Source of the DNA: Squalus acanthias
Lineage: Eukaryota
Direction: 5' to 3'
Assembly (NCBI GenBank): GCA_030390025.1
Contig: CM059432.1
Span: forward strand, 93,312,001-93,376,000
Length of the DNA stretch: 64,000 nt
Position 1 is the stretch's first letter. Each line of letters starts with the position of its first letter. Of the stretch, positions 1-11,149 are shown one piece after another. The translations under genes and the position numbers were made by a program. The notes beneath the pieces were generated by a model. The model did not search any database. It saw only the letters and a program-made list of their open reading frames with translations, and was not told the DNA's origin.

Positions 1-1539
1 GAGGAAAGCCTGAGAGCAACAGTGGGTGTAGAAACAAAAACCCAAAAATGTGGGGAGAGGAAGAAAAGAGAGCTCGAGGGCCACGTTGAAAGGGGAAAAG
101 AGTGGACAAGAGCAGTGTTCAGGAAGGAGGCACCAGAAGAGCGAGGATGGGAACCTGTGCGATGAGGAGTGCGACAGCTTGAAACTGGCCAGGGGGTAGG
201 AGTGTGACAGCATGAATTGAGGGGGAAGAGAAAAAAGAGTGCTATTATGAACTTGTGGGGTTGGAGGGGAAAGAGTGTCTCAGTGAATTAAGGGGGTGGA
301 GGGGCAGACAGTGTCTGTGAGCTGGGAGTGGTCTTAGAGGGGTAAAAAGTGTCTTTGAAGTAGGGGTGGTGTTGGAGAGAATGGTGTTAAAAATTAACCG
401 CAATGTAAAAATTTTATTGTAAAAATTCAAAATTTTGCAGGTGAATATGCCCCACATGGCATGGGAGTGGGGGCAGTATTTGGAAAGTTGAGTATAATTC
501 TGAATTTAAAGCTATGTTCAATAACAACAGGTTCAAATTCCCTATTACACTATTTTAATGTTTTAAATAAGAAAATTAGCTAAAACTTGTTTTCTCCCGA
601 TAACAGATTGTCTGTTATTACTAGGTTTTAAAATATATGAAGAAAAACAATAAATTCCCAAATGACAAAGAGAGTAGTTTGCAGTACAATTGAGTAAAAG
701 TCTCTTCAATTTTAGATTCAAAAAATACAGAACGCATGTTCATTGTAGAACCAAAATGCTGGAAAATGCATCAAACAATCTGTCAAAAAAAAATCTAAAT
801 TTGCTTGAGGGATGCCCTCAGAACATCCTAGAAAATAAATATTGCCTTCAACACATATATTCCTCTTCAGGCTTTCATGTACCTGAGTTAATTTCCTCCA
901 ATACGAGTGAATTTTTTTTATATATACCTACAACTTAAATTACATGGCTGTGTCCACTGCACTTTCAGTTTAATTACTTCTTTTTATATATCGGCGGTTT
1001 ATAGTCAGGGCGATTTCAGAGCCATCAGTCTTTTTGGGGCTGAGCCAGCTTTTTTGAGTCCATTGGTTGGTATATTGAGCTATCAGTTGGATTGGTATGT
1101 GGTGGTCAATCTCCGTTCCCTTGTGCAAGATGATTGACAATTCTTTGCTTGTTTTATTGTCTTTGCTTTTTTTTGTTCTGCATCTTTTTCCTATTTTGCT
1201 CCTTTGTCCATTTCATAGTTCATTTATTTACCCAATTCTTCTTATTTTAAAAGCAGCTGGGTTATTGTTATGAGTTAGGCTTTGGATTATTAATCATAAT
1301 TAGGCTGTGGATTACTGAAAGTGCAGAGTACCATCCATGTATTGTTCAAAATGGATGGAGAAGACTCCCACATAGATGGATATTCATTTGGATATTTCAC
1401 AAAACGAAACAGGTGCTTCTTGGAGTATTTTGTTATCTACGTGCTCAGATTTTTGGTTTTAAGTATCTATCTTTGAACTAGATATTGTAAATACTTCTTG
1501 TACACTACCCACCTCTGACATCCTGTCTAACCATAAAGA

Positions 1540-1635
1540 TGATGAAAGGTCATCGACCTGAAACGTTAACTCTGTTTCTCTCTCAACAGATGCTGCCTGA
1601 CCTGCTGAGTATTTCCAGCATTTTCTGTTTTTATT
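1540..1635 (+). mobile_element. Penelope-like (PLE) short terminal fragment, truncated within the hammerhead motif
   Basis: TGATGAAAGGTCATCGACCTGAAACGTTAACTCTGTTTCTCTCTC... same family as 2329, 16738, 55607 and 63133. Confidence 0.7.
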
Positions 1636-1714
1636 ATAAAAATAATGGTTACTGGGCTGAGAAAAATATGTATTATCTAATGTACTGCTTATTTTAATAG
1701 GGTGACTCTCCTAC

Positions 1715-1962
1715 CTTGCACAGGGCACATCAATGTTTGAAGAAACAACTTTTCTTTTCTGATCTGAAACAACGGCAACAGGGCGCATGTGATCCTTCTC
1801 GTGATCCTGAATCCAGCTGATCTTTTTAGTTTCCAGTATTTTCATAGCTTCAATCTTTCTCACTAGGGGTAGCTGCTGCTCCAACACCTTCTGGTGGTTC
1901 TCAGTGTGGCTTTGATCATGTAATAGCACAACAGAAGATGTGTCTCGGCCATTGCAATTCAG
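1715..1962 (-). CDS. ZNF704: Zinc finger protein 704, second coding exon (LNCNGRD...[18 protein letters not shown])
   Basis: [13 protein letters not shown] matches the remembered mammalian ZNF704 motif [18 protein letters not shown]. Acceptor ttgttcctgcag at 1963-1964 (phase 0). Donor AG|GTAG at 1715/1714 (phase 2). Confidence 0.9.
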
Positions 1963-2328
1963 CTGCAGGAACAAGGCACAACATCCAATTTATTCAAATG
2001 TCAAATACATTTTTTGGCCATCTGCAAAATCTCTCTGAAACACCCGTAGAAGATATACTGTACAGGATAGATTTTTTAAATATCACAGAATGGTAGAGTT
2101 TTTTGCTACGTGATACAATATTGTGGAGAACTTTCATTGTAAACTTCTTCCTGCCATTTGATGTAGAAATAAGAATACACTGAATATATTAATAAAAATA
2201 ACAAAATAAAATGTCAATTTTTCTCCAGTGCACCCTAACATGGACCAAAGCCACTGGTACATCCTGAGGAACCGTTATCAAGCAAAGTTCCGGAATATTC
2301 ATCTATCCTCATATCTCAATTATTCAAT

Positions 2329-2533
2329 AGCAAAATACTGCGGATGCTGGAAAACTGAAATAACAACAGAAAGCGCTGGAAAAACTCAGCAGGCCAGGCA
2401 ACATCTGTGGAGAGAGAAACAGAGTTAACGTTTCAGGTCGAAGACAAAGGGTCTTCGACCTGAAACGTTAACTCTGTTTCTCTCTCCACGGATGTTGCCT
2501 GGCCTGCTGAGTTTTTCCAGCGCTTTCTGTTGT
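2329..2533. mobile_element. Palindromic PLE-derived element with a 17-bp target-site duplication
   Basis: Inverted arms of about 85 bp. Perfect direct repeat TATCTCAATTATTCAAT at 2312-2328 and 2534-2550. Confidence 0.8.
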
Positions 2534-2928
2534 TATCTCAATTATTCAATCCTGGCCAGCTGTCCTCGACATACAACATTCCTCACACACAGAATATTAG
2601 GACCAATGTATCCCGTAGAATATTTACTCATTTTAATCATTAAGAAAATAAACCCAAATTATTCAAATAAATGCAATTATCTAAATTTAGCTTCCTTTCC
2701 TCACTGAAACAAACAGATTCAGCACAGACCACTAGCATTCTCTTGAAAAGACCATTATCATAGACTCAACAACATCCGTTGACAATGAGAGGCTCTGCAG
2801 CCATTGGCAACTATTCAGAAATTAAAGTTATATATCCTGTACATAACCTGTTATAATAGATTGGTATATGTGATCTTATCTTCTGTCCATTGCACTTCCG
2901 GTGTCACACATCTCTGTTGTTAAAAAAA

Positions 2929-3012
2929 AATTGCATTTCTATAGTGTCTTTCACGACCACCGGATGTCCCAAAGCGCTTTACAGACAATGAAGTACTTTT
3001 TGAAGTGTAGTT
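2929..3012 (-). mobile_element. 3' tail of Deu-domain SINE
   Basis: Reverse complement of the tail of the copies at 29500 and 49214. Confidence 0.7.
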
Positions 3013-3632
3013 AATTAAATTCATTCAATTATAGGCAAATTTATTCAAGGGAAGCTTCCCGTTGCTGATTGGCTCATACACAAATTTCTTCCAACAAGCT
3101 TTTAAAAAATGAGGAAGAAAGTCAGTCATTTGAAATGTACAGAAAAACTTCCTCCAACAGCGAATACCATATTAACACAGGAGTCAGAAGGGTAGATTTT
3201 CCAATCAGTTATGTCCAGTAATCAACCGCAAAATGGGCGTAACCAATCAGAAAAAGAGCAGCGATCCATAACAATGAATCTTTGCCTATTTAGTGCCATG
3301 TCCAATTCTGCAATCCGATCTTTCAGTACTCCAGGACGCACCTGCCTATTTTCCATCAGATACATGTAAATGAATCTGCAATGACACAATGCATTGTTCA
3401 TGCAATTTCCTGGTATTCATAGTTGCATAGTGCTGTTATTCTACCCATCCATGTAAGATAGGCACCCACTGCTGCTAGGGTCTAAGCTGTTTATGGAAGT
3501 GGATTTAAAAAGCCCTATAGAAGATTGGCATGAGCATTTTGAGTCCATTGCTATGCCTTTTTCCTTTTTTTTGTGTTTCCAATCAGGTGGTCAAGAGCCT
3601 TTGTACTAACTGTAGTGTCATGTCCACAATAA

Positions 3633-3908
3633 GGGTACGGTAGCATAATGGTTATGTTACTGGACTAGTAATCCAGAGACCTGGACTAATAACCCAAAGA
3701 CGTGAGTTCAAATCCCACCATCCAATTAAATAAATCTGGAATAAAAAGCTAGTATCAGTAATGGTGACCATGAAATTGTCGTAAAACCCCATCTGGTTCA
3801 CTAATGTCCTTTAAATCTGCTGCCCTTACCTGGTCTGGCCTATATGTGACTCCAGACCCACAGCAATGTGGTTGACTCTTAACTGCCCTCTGTGGTTCAA
3901 GGGCAATA
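3633..3908 (+). mobile_element. tRNA-derived SINE (family shared with 16282 and 62538)
   Basis: A/B-box-like head (GGTAGCATAATGG...GAGTTCAAATCC) and a body shared with two other copies. Confidence 0.7.
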
Positions 3909-4421
3909 GGTTCTCTGCGCCCATCCACAGTACACTCACACCCATATCTAAAGGCAGAGATTCACAAAGCAGATAGATACCTGTGGAGGCACTGATTCAC
4001 AAGGGAGGTTGCTACATTGTTGACTATCTTTTTTGTCCCCTTCCCCTTGGACAACCAGCAGCACCACTGGACTGGGATGCTCAAAGATCCAGATTGGGTG
4101 AGATTGTATCCCCATGGCTATACCCTAGGGAGCGCAATGCCACGACGTACATGAATCAGAAACGACTCTCTGAATGTTCAGCTTGTCTGCAACCCTCAGA
4201 ACCAGATTATGCAAGTCAATGCTCACTTCCCAGGCAGTTGTCAAGAATATACCGTTCCATCAATACTTGACCCACAAAGGCAAGTCAGAGTGATTTCTAG
4301 GCAGCTACCCTCTGCAATCATGCCAGCTCTAAACAGTTATAATGAGGCAGTAATCTACTAGAGTAATCATAGAGCAGGGTCCGCCACATTATGATAATGA
4401 GGCGGACCCTGTAAACACATT

Positions 4422-5258
4422 GGGCTGGATTTTGTCTTGGGGTCGGGTTGGGGTCGTGTAATCCGCATTTCGTGTTTCCCCCCCGACTCCAGATTAATGT
4501 GGATGAATGATGCAATTTTCACTTAATTGGGCAATTGAGTTCCAGCATGTGGGAACCCATGAAACAATTAGTGGTTTCAGTCTGAAAGTCGCCTCTGATG
4601 ATGTCATCATTGCTGACTGCCTAGTCTGAGAGACTGTTGGTGAGAGTGGACCTGGATGCAAAATATGGGGGATGGGGGATGGGGGATGGGGGGTGGGATG
4701 GGGGATGGGGGATGGGGGTGGGATGGGGGATGGGATGGGGGGATGGGGGATGGGGGATGGGGGGGGGGGGGGGAGAAAGAGAAACAGAGACAGAGACAGA
4801 GAATTTTTTTTGCATCCAAGTCCTCTCACAGCAAAGGCCAGGCAGTCTCTGAACACATTCAATGCAGCAGCGGCGACTTTCAGACCTAATACTACTACTA
4901 CCTTCATCACATCTCCGTTGTAATAGTGGACCTGCAGCTGATAGTCAGCTGTCCACTTGTGCTCCCGCCAGGTTTCACTGGAGTGTTTCACACCAGGCGT
5001 ACTTCACGTCAGAAAAGGGTTAAACTAGCTAAAACGTTTCAAAATGGCATTACAGAGCCAATTTAGAGCTTGTTAAGGGCTTTAATGGCCTCTCCCGCCT
5101 CTTGGAGGTGGGACGGAGTCGGGAACCCCACGACTGATTTTGTCAAAATTGCGTGGAGGCAGGATGGAGTCGGGATGGGGTCGGAAACCCCGACCCCGCA
5201 AATTTAACCCCCCACACGCCTCCAAACCCGACTCCATGGGTCATTCAAAATCCAGCCC
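4422..5258. mobile_element. Non-autonomous PIF/Harbinger element
   Basis: 13-bp TIR GGGCTGGATTTTG / CAAAATCCAGCCC, identical to the element at 21211-25883. Flanking trimers ATT/AAT. Confidence 0.8.
4666..4800. repeat. (GGGGGAT)n-type G-rich simple repeat followed by (GAGACA)n
   Basis: Directly visible; dense G-runs. Confidence 0.9.
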
Positions 5259-5281
5259 AATGGGTCAGCACACAAAGGATA

Positions 5282-5635
5282 CATAAGAACATAAATAGGA
5301 GCAAGAGTAGGCCATTCGGCCCTTCGAGCCTGCTCCACCATTCAATAAGATCATGGCTGATCTTCTAACTCAACTCCACCTTACCGCACTATCCCCATAT
5401 CCCTTGGTTCCCTTAGTATCCAAAAATCCATCGATCTAGTCTTGAACATACTCAACGACTGAGCATCCACAGCTCTCTGGATTCCAAAGATTCACAACCT
5501 TTTGAGTGAAGACATTTCTCCTCATCTCAGTCATAAATGGTCAACCCCTTATTCTGAGACTGTGACCCCTGATTCTAGACTCTCCAGCCAGGGGAAACAA
5601 CCTCCCAGCATCTATATATGTTTCAATGAGATAGA
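5282..5635 (-). mobile_element. CR1 LINE 3' end
   Basis: CATAAGAA tail and 3' UTR matching the other CR1 copies (45712, 55193). Confidence 0.8.
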
Positions 5636-5700
5636 AAGTTTAGAAAATGGAGTAAGCATTACGAGGGGGGAAATGTAATCACTGCGACAGACAGCGTAGT

Positions 5701-5775
5701 TGGTCAGTACGTGGGATTGAACCCGCGACCTTGCCGTTATTAGCACCGCGCTCTAACCATCTGAGCTAACCAGCA
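5701..5775 (-). pseudogene. tRNA-Ile(AAT) pseudogene or tRNA-derived relic
   Basis: Minus strand reads TGCTGGTTAGCTCAGATGGTTAGAGCGCGGTGCTAATAACGGCAAGGTCGCGGGTTCAATCCCACGTACTGACCA, close to vertebrate tRNA-Ile-AAT. Acceptor and anticodon stems carry mismatches and the T stem has an extra A. Confidence 0.8.
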
Positions 5776-6091
5776 CCCGCTGGATCACAAAGATGCTCTT
5801 GCCACACCACCCGATTTCCAGTTAAGCAAATACCCAACTGGAAAATCTGTGCTAGAGTGTCTGTAGCTACGAGTTATTTTTTTAAACCGTACCAATTACA
5901 CTTAAAAATGACAGACATTTTATCTAAGTTGCTGCCTGAAGAGAAATTAAATTGACCTCATCCAGCACAATTCCCTCATCAAACAATTAAACTATCACTG
6001 GCTTGAGGCTCTGCTTACTTAACAACAATTAGATTTGTAGTCTAAAGTGACATAGCTCCACCTTAGAAGCAGAAGAACACATTGTGTATTA

Positions 6092-6340
6092 CAGTAAACT
6101 CTTCCATATCCGGCACCTACGGGACCAGGATGGTGCCGGTTGATGAAAAATTCTGGATAACAGAGAGGTAGGCAATTTTTAACAAAAAAAATAAAAACCA
6201 CTGACTAACTCAGCCACCGCGGGAAACTCAGACTCGGAAAAACGAGTGCTGGATGGATTCGGCAAGATTACCGGTTATCTATTTTGCCAGTTATTAAAGA
6301 ATTCCGGATGATTAAGTGCCGTTTAAACAAGAGTTTACTG
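6092..6340. mobile_element. Tc1/mariner (pogo/Tigger-like) MITE
   Basis: TA|CAGTAAACTCTT ... AAGAGTTTACTG|TA: 12-bp perfect TIR and TA target duplication. Confidence 0.8.
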
Positions 6341-8079
6341 TATATAGTACAACATTCCCTGTCATTACAAAATAACATATCAACTTACCGTGAGCCATCC
6401 CACGGCACATCCACTAGTACATGTATTTTGCGACATGTCCAGCACACCTCAAGTGTCATATTTAAAAACATATATAAAAAGAAAGGAAACCAGTCATTTC
6501 CTGCAGGTTTCTTCTGACCTGAGTTTGGGATTTTACACACACACACGGCCTATATATATAGTATATATATAAAAAGAGAGAGCGCAATTAGATTTTGTGG
6601 CCTTAAAGGAACAGGCCTAATTACACATAAATTCATCTTAGCAGCAGAATAATACGTTCTGTGTAAATGTTCCTATATAACAGTGCATCATCCAACTCAC
6701 ACTGAGCCATGCCATGGAAGACCCGCTAGTATTCTACAAAACAGCACTGGCCCTGGTGAGTTTCCAGCTGTCACACTACCAGGGATTTTGCTAACGAAAT
6801 TAGTCTTACCAATTTTTTGTGTCATCATCAGAACCCTTCAATTTTTCTACAGCTTTGCAACACGCTATTTAGGCTGACAACGTCCTTCATATTTCTCATG
6901 CTCTCTATAAGGGTTACATGATCAAATTTTGAATTTACTTTAAACTTTTTCTTCCATAGTCTACTGCTGCCTAAATTGATTTCAGAGCCAAAGCAATTTT
7001 TTTTAATTTAAGTGAACCCTACCCATAAAATTAGAACTTGATTGACCAGGTGTAATTTATAAACATCCCTAAAGACGCTCAGCTAGTTATCAGTGGATCC
7101 TTAAACTAAACTTTTAATAACCTATGAGAAACCTGTTAATTTCTACGCTACTTGCTTCCAGGGCCTTTTTTTAAGTTGGCTGCTTCAATTGTACCTGTAG
7201 GTGTCAAATAGTCTGAGGCAAATATATTAACTGTGAGACCTCCAGTCTTTTTTCTCTGCAGGAATCGGGCAATTATGAGCTGTTGATATTTCAACAAGTA
7301 AAATAAAACAGGATCATTAACATCGGTGCTCCAACAAGTCACAAGTTAAGAGAATGTCTCAGAAAATTGCCATTCCCTCATTCTACCACCCAAGAATTGC
7401 TGCCGTTTGAGTTCGGTACATAATCTTGCAGCAGTGAACACTGTGGTCAAAGATAAAGTAAGTTTCACGTGCATGATATTAAAAAGTTAAAAAAACACTA
7501 CATTTAAAGAGCTGATTTGTTGCTTTGTCATCATGCACAAGCATCATGAGGACACGGAGTCATGTCAACCATGTGTACACATCACTCTGGAAGTATAACT
7601 CCCTATAAAAAGCGATGGAGTGGCAGGAGTGCAACTCCACCACAAATAAATTTTTACAATTTTCTTCCACACTTATTGTACATTTTCATTGGTAAATTGC
7701 TGGTAGCAGGATAACAATATTTACTGACAATGGACAGAAAATGTCGAGTTTGAAGATCAGTGAATTCTCTGCATAGCAACAACCAAATGTTAAATATTTC
7801 AATAGTACTTATGCTAGATTCCTGTATTGCATGAGAAGCAAACAGCTTATCAGATTCAAAAATAGAGCCCTTATGACATTATCATTTACTCAAGCTTGTT
7901 TCACTTTATCTATTCCCAATCCCATTCATCAGTAAAAGATAATTAGCCCCGTTCACTCACTAAGAGTGGTGCAGTCCTCTAGGTTACGACAGAGTAAGTT
8001 GTTCACTTACAAAATAAATACAGATTAGAGAGGTCATTCTTTGTACATCCATCCTGAAAAAATATTACATTTTACATCA

Positions 8080-10120
8080 AGCCATCAAACTGTATCTTGA
8101 ATAAATTTAAGGATTACCCCTCCACTACCATAAATAGAAGATCATTCCAAGTTTTGATCATGCTACATGAAGAATTTCTTCTTGATGTATGTCCTAAATT
8201 GTTTATTTTAGCAGTTTCAGTCTGTGCCCCTTGTTCTGGTATCTTGACTTACCTTGAAGTAATGCTCTGGATTCGCCTTATCTTGCATACTCCCCTTGCA
8301 GGCACCTCCTGTCAAGGCTAAAGAGCCGCAGATTTTCCTTGTAGCTCAATTCATTGACACCAGGGATTAGCCTCATGACCCTACTCTGATTGCCTCCAAT
8401 GCTTGATGGCCAAAACTGAACACAATACTCAAGGTGCAATCTGTCTGGTGTACTGTACAATTTTACTCTCCGATCCTCCTTAGCAATATAATTCAGCATT
8501 CTATTTGTGTTGTTTAGTGTTGCTTGACAGAGAATTGACATTAGGTGCCAACTCTTCTCTCGACCCCAGATCCTTTTTATTGCACTTAAGGTATTTCTAT
8601 ATTATCTATACTGTATATATGGCATCAATTTTACCTTCCAATGTACAGCACTTGTCTGTATTAAAATTCATTTGCCAATGTTCTATACATTTGCTGATTT
8701 TATCTAACCCCATGTGTAGTTCCCAACTGCATCCTTTGCCTTAACCGATCCTCCCTTCAACCAGTTTAGTATCATCTGCAAATCTAACTAGATTGTATTA
8801 GGTTTATGAACCTAAATTATTAATGTAGACTAGGAACAGTAGGGGCCCCAACACCAGCCATGAGGAACTCCACTTAGTACTTCCCCCTACAAATGATATC
8901 ATCCTATTAACAAATACCCACTGCTTTCTTTCCTGCAATCAATTTCACCAAAAATTCCCATTGCTTTCAGTTCCAGTAGCAGTATTTCATGTAGAACTTT
9001 ATCAAAGATTTTCTGGAAACCTACAAACACCATGCCATATAAACTTATATTCATCAATTACAGGTGCCGACTCCTCCTGGGGTCCTTGTCCCACAGGCGC
9101 TAACTCTCCCTGGAGTACAGGCCCCATGGACGCCAACTCTTCCTGGAGTACAGGCCCCATGGACGCCAACTCTTCCTGGAGTACAGGCCCCATGGACGCC
9201 AACTCTTCCTGGAGTACAGGCCCCATGGACGCCAACTCTTCCTGGAGTACAGGCCCCATGGACGCCAACTCTTCCTGGAGTACAGGCCCCATGGACGCCA
9301 ACTCTCCCTGGAGTACAGGCCCCATGGACGCCAACTCTTCCTGAGGTATGGGTCCCACAGGCGCTAACTCTCCCTGGGTATGGGTCGCATGGGCACTAAC
9401 TCTCCCTGGGGTGCGGGACCCACAGCTGCCAACTCCCCCTGCGATACAGGTCTCACGGGTGCTAACTCTCCCTGCGATACAGGTCCCACGGGTGCTAACT
9501 CTCCCTGGGGTAAGGGTCCCATGGGTGCTAACTCTCCCTGGGGTAAGGATCCCACAGGAGCGAACACTCCCTGGGGTGCAGGACCCACGGGTGCCGACTT
9601 CCCCTGTGATACAGGTCCCACAGGTGCCAACACCCCTGGGGTACAGGTCCCACGGGCGCTAACTCTCCCTGGGCTTTGGAACCCACGGGTGACGACTCCC
9701 ACTGCGATACAGGTCCCACAGGTGCCAACTCCCCTAGGGTATGGGTCCCACGGGTGCTAACTCCCGCTAGAGTATGGGTCCTAGAAGCGCCAACACTCCC
9801 TGGGGTGTGGGACCCATGGGTGCCAACTCCTCCTGGGGTATGGGTCCCACGGGTGCCGACTCCCCCTGCGATACAGGTCCCACGGGTCCTACCTCTCCCT
9901 GGAGTATGGGTCCCATGGGGTTCAACTCTCCCTGGTGGATGGGACCCACGGGTGCCAACTCTCCCTGGTACATGGGACCCACGACTGCCGATTCTCCCTA
10001 GGGTACGGGTCCCACAGTTCATTTGAGATGTCACTTCCTCAAAAAAGTCATGGAGGTTGGTGAGGCAAGATTTTTCCCTTCTTAAGCAATTTTGGAAGTT
10101 ATTTAGCAGATCCAACAATT
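8080..10120 (-). mobile_element. Old CR1 LINE RT fragment interrupted by a 33-bp minisatellite
   Basis: Peptides SCLTNLHDFFEEVTS (about 10030-10075) and HLEYCVQFW (about 8410-8440). FADDTKL-like region near 8765-8785. Confidence 0.75.
9060..10017. repeat. 33-bp minisatellite (GAGTACAGGCCCCATGGACGCCAACTCTTCCTG-type), about 29 units
   Basis: 11-aa periodic ORFs in several frames. Near-identical units at about 9112-9345, diverged units elsewhere. Confidence 0.95.
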
Positions 10121-11149
10121 GATACTACAGTTTTTCCTCATCTTCCCTCCCTCCCCCACCAAAGTAGTATCCACCTCATCCATGAGATACCACACCCAGC
10201 AGCCCAGGTGAAAAATTACAAAATTGATGAATGTGAATGTCAAGAAGTTCTGGGGCTTAAACTCACAACCATGTGATTTGAAGCTTCTAATCTCTGGTCT
10301 GCTAGAACATCGACCACATTCAGTTTTTTTTAAACTGAGAAACTTAAGTGAAGGACCAATTGCAGGATGTCACCAAGGTCAAAAGTAGGGGATAAGTAAA
10401 GATAGTGTAAAGTATTGACTCGGCAACACCAAGCTTGAGTTTTACAAGCCTGTAGATTGTAGAAAGAAGGAAAATCTAAGGATGATGAGGAGTTCCATTG
10501 TTTCGGGAGTCCTGGAAAAAAATGAGTTGGAGTAGTAGATTGTGAAAACGAACACAGCTCTGTCCCAGTTCATCTATGTAGCATTATACAAAACATTCAA
10601 AGAACAATTCCAGCCTACCCATTATTTGGTTAAGCCAAAAAGTCATTCTCATTATACTGTACAAGAGTGTGTAATTGAGCTAAGCTGACCATGGCTTAGT
10701 CTGCACATTACTACCCAGTAACTCACCCAGTCTTTGGGCATCAGGAGGGAAGTCACTATCATTTTTCTGTATGATGCCTATACATGACTTCTTATGGTAG
10801 AAAGAAAATCTATTTTTTTCCTTAATACTTGATAAAGTTTATGCAAATATATATATATACACACACACACACACACTGAGAAAATGTAAATCTATATATT
10901 TTTTTAAATAGCATATTTTGAATTGGCTATTCCCAAGATAGAAAGTAATGCAACTTTCCAGGTATGGCTTTGAATAAGGAAAATATGGTCGTCTTGTGTC
11001 TGAAACTTGTCCAGAATATTTGTAAACAAGGAGAGTGGAAAAATACATTTATAAGGGAATTTTGCAGAGGGAGTATGAAAACAACAATCATGATGAACAT
11101 GACAGAAGAACAACATAATTTGACACATGGTGATATTTTGTGACACAAA

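Noticed and set aside
1963..2022. Upstream extension of the ZNF704 exon reading GQKMYLTFE (resembles ZNF395 GQKVY)
   Set aside because: In-frame TAA at 1992-1990 and a strong acceptor at 1963. Probably coincidence, although RNA-seq could test it.
9002..10118. Collagen-like G/P-rich ORFs
   Set aside because: 11-aa period, not a continuous Gly-X-Y pattern. Minisatellite inside a dead CR1.
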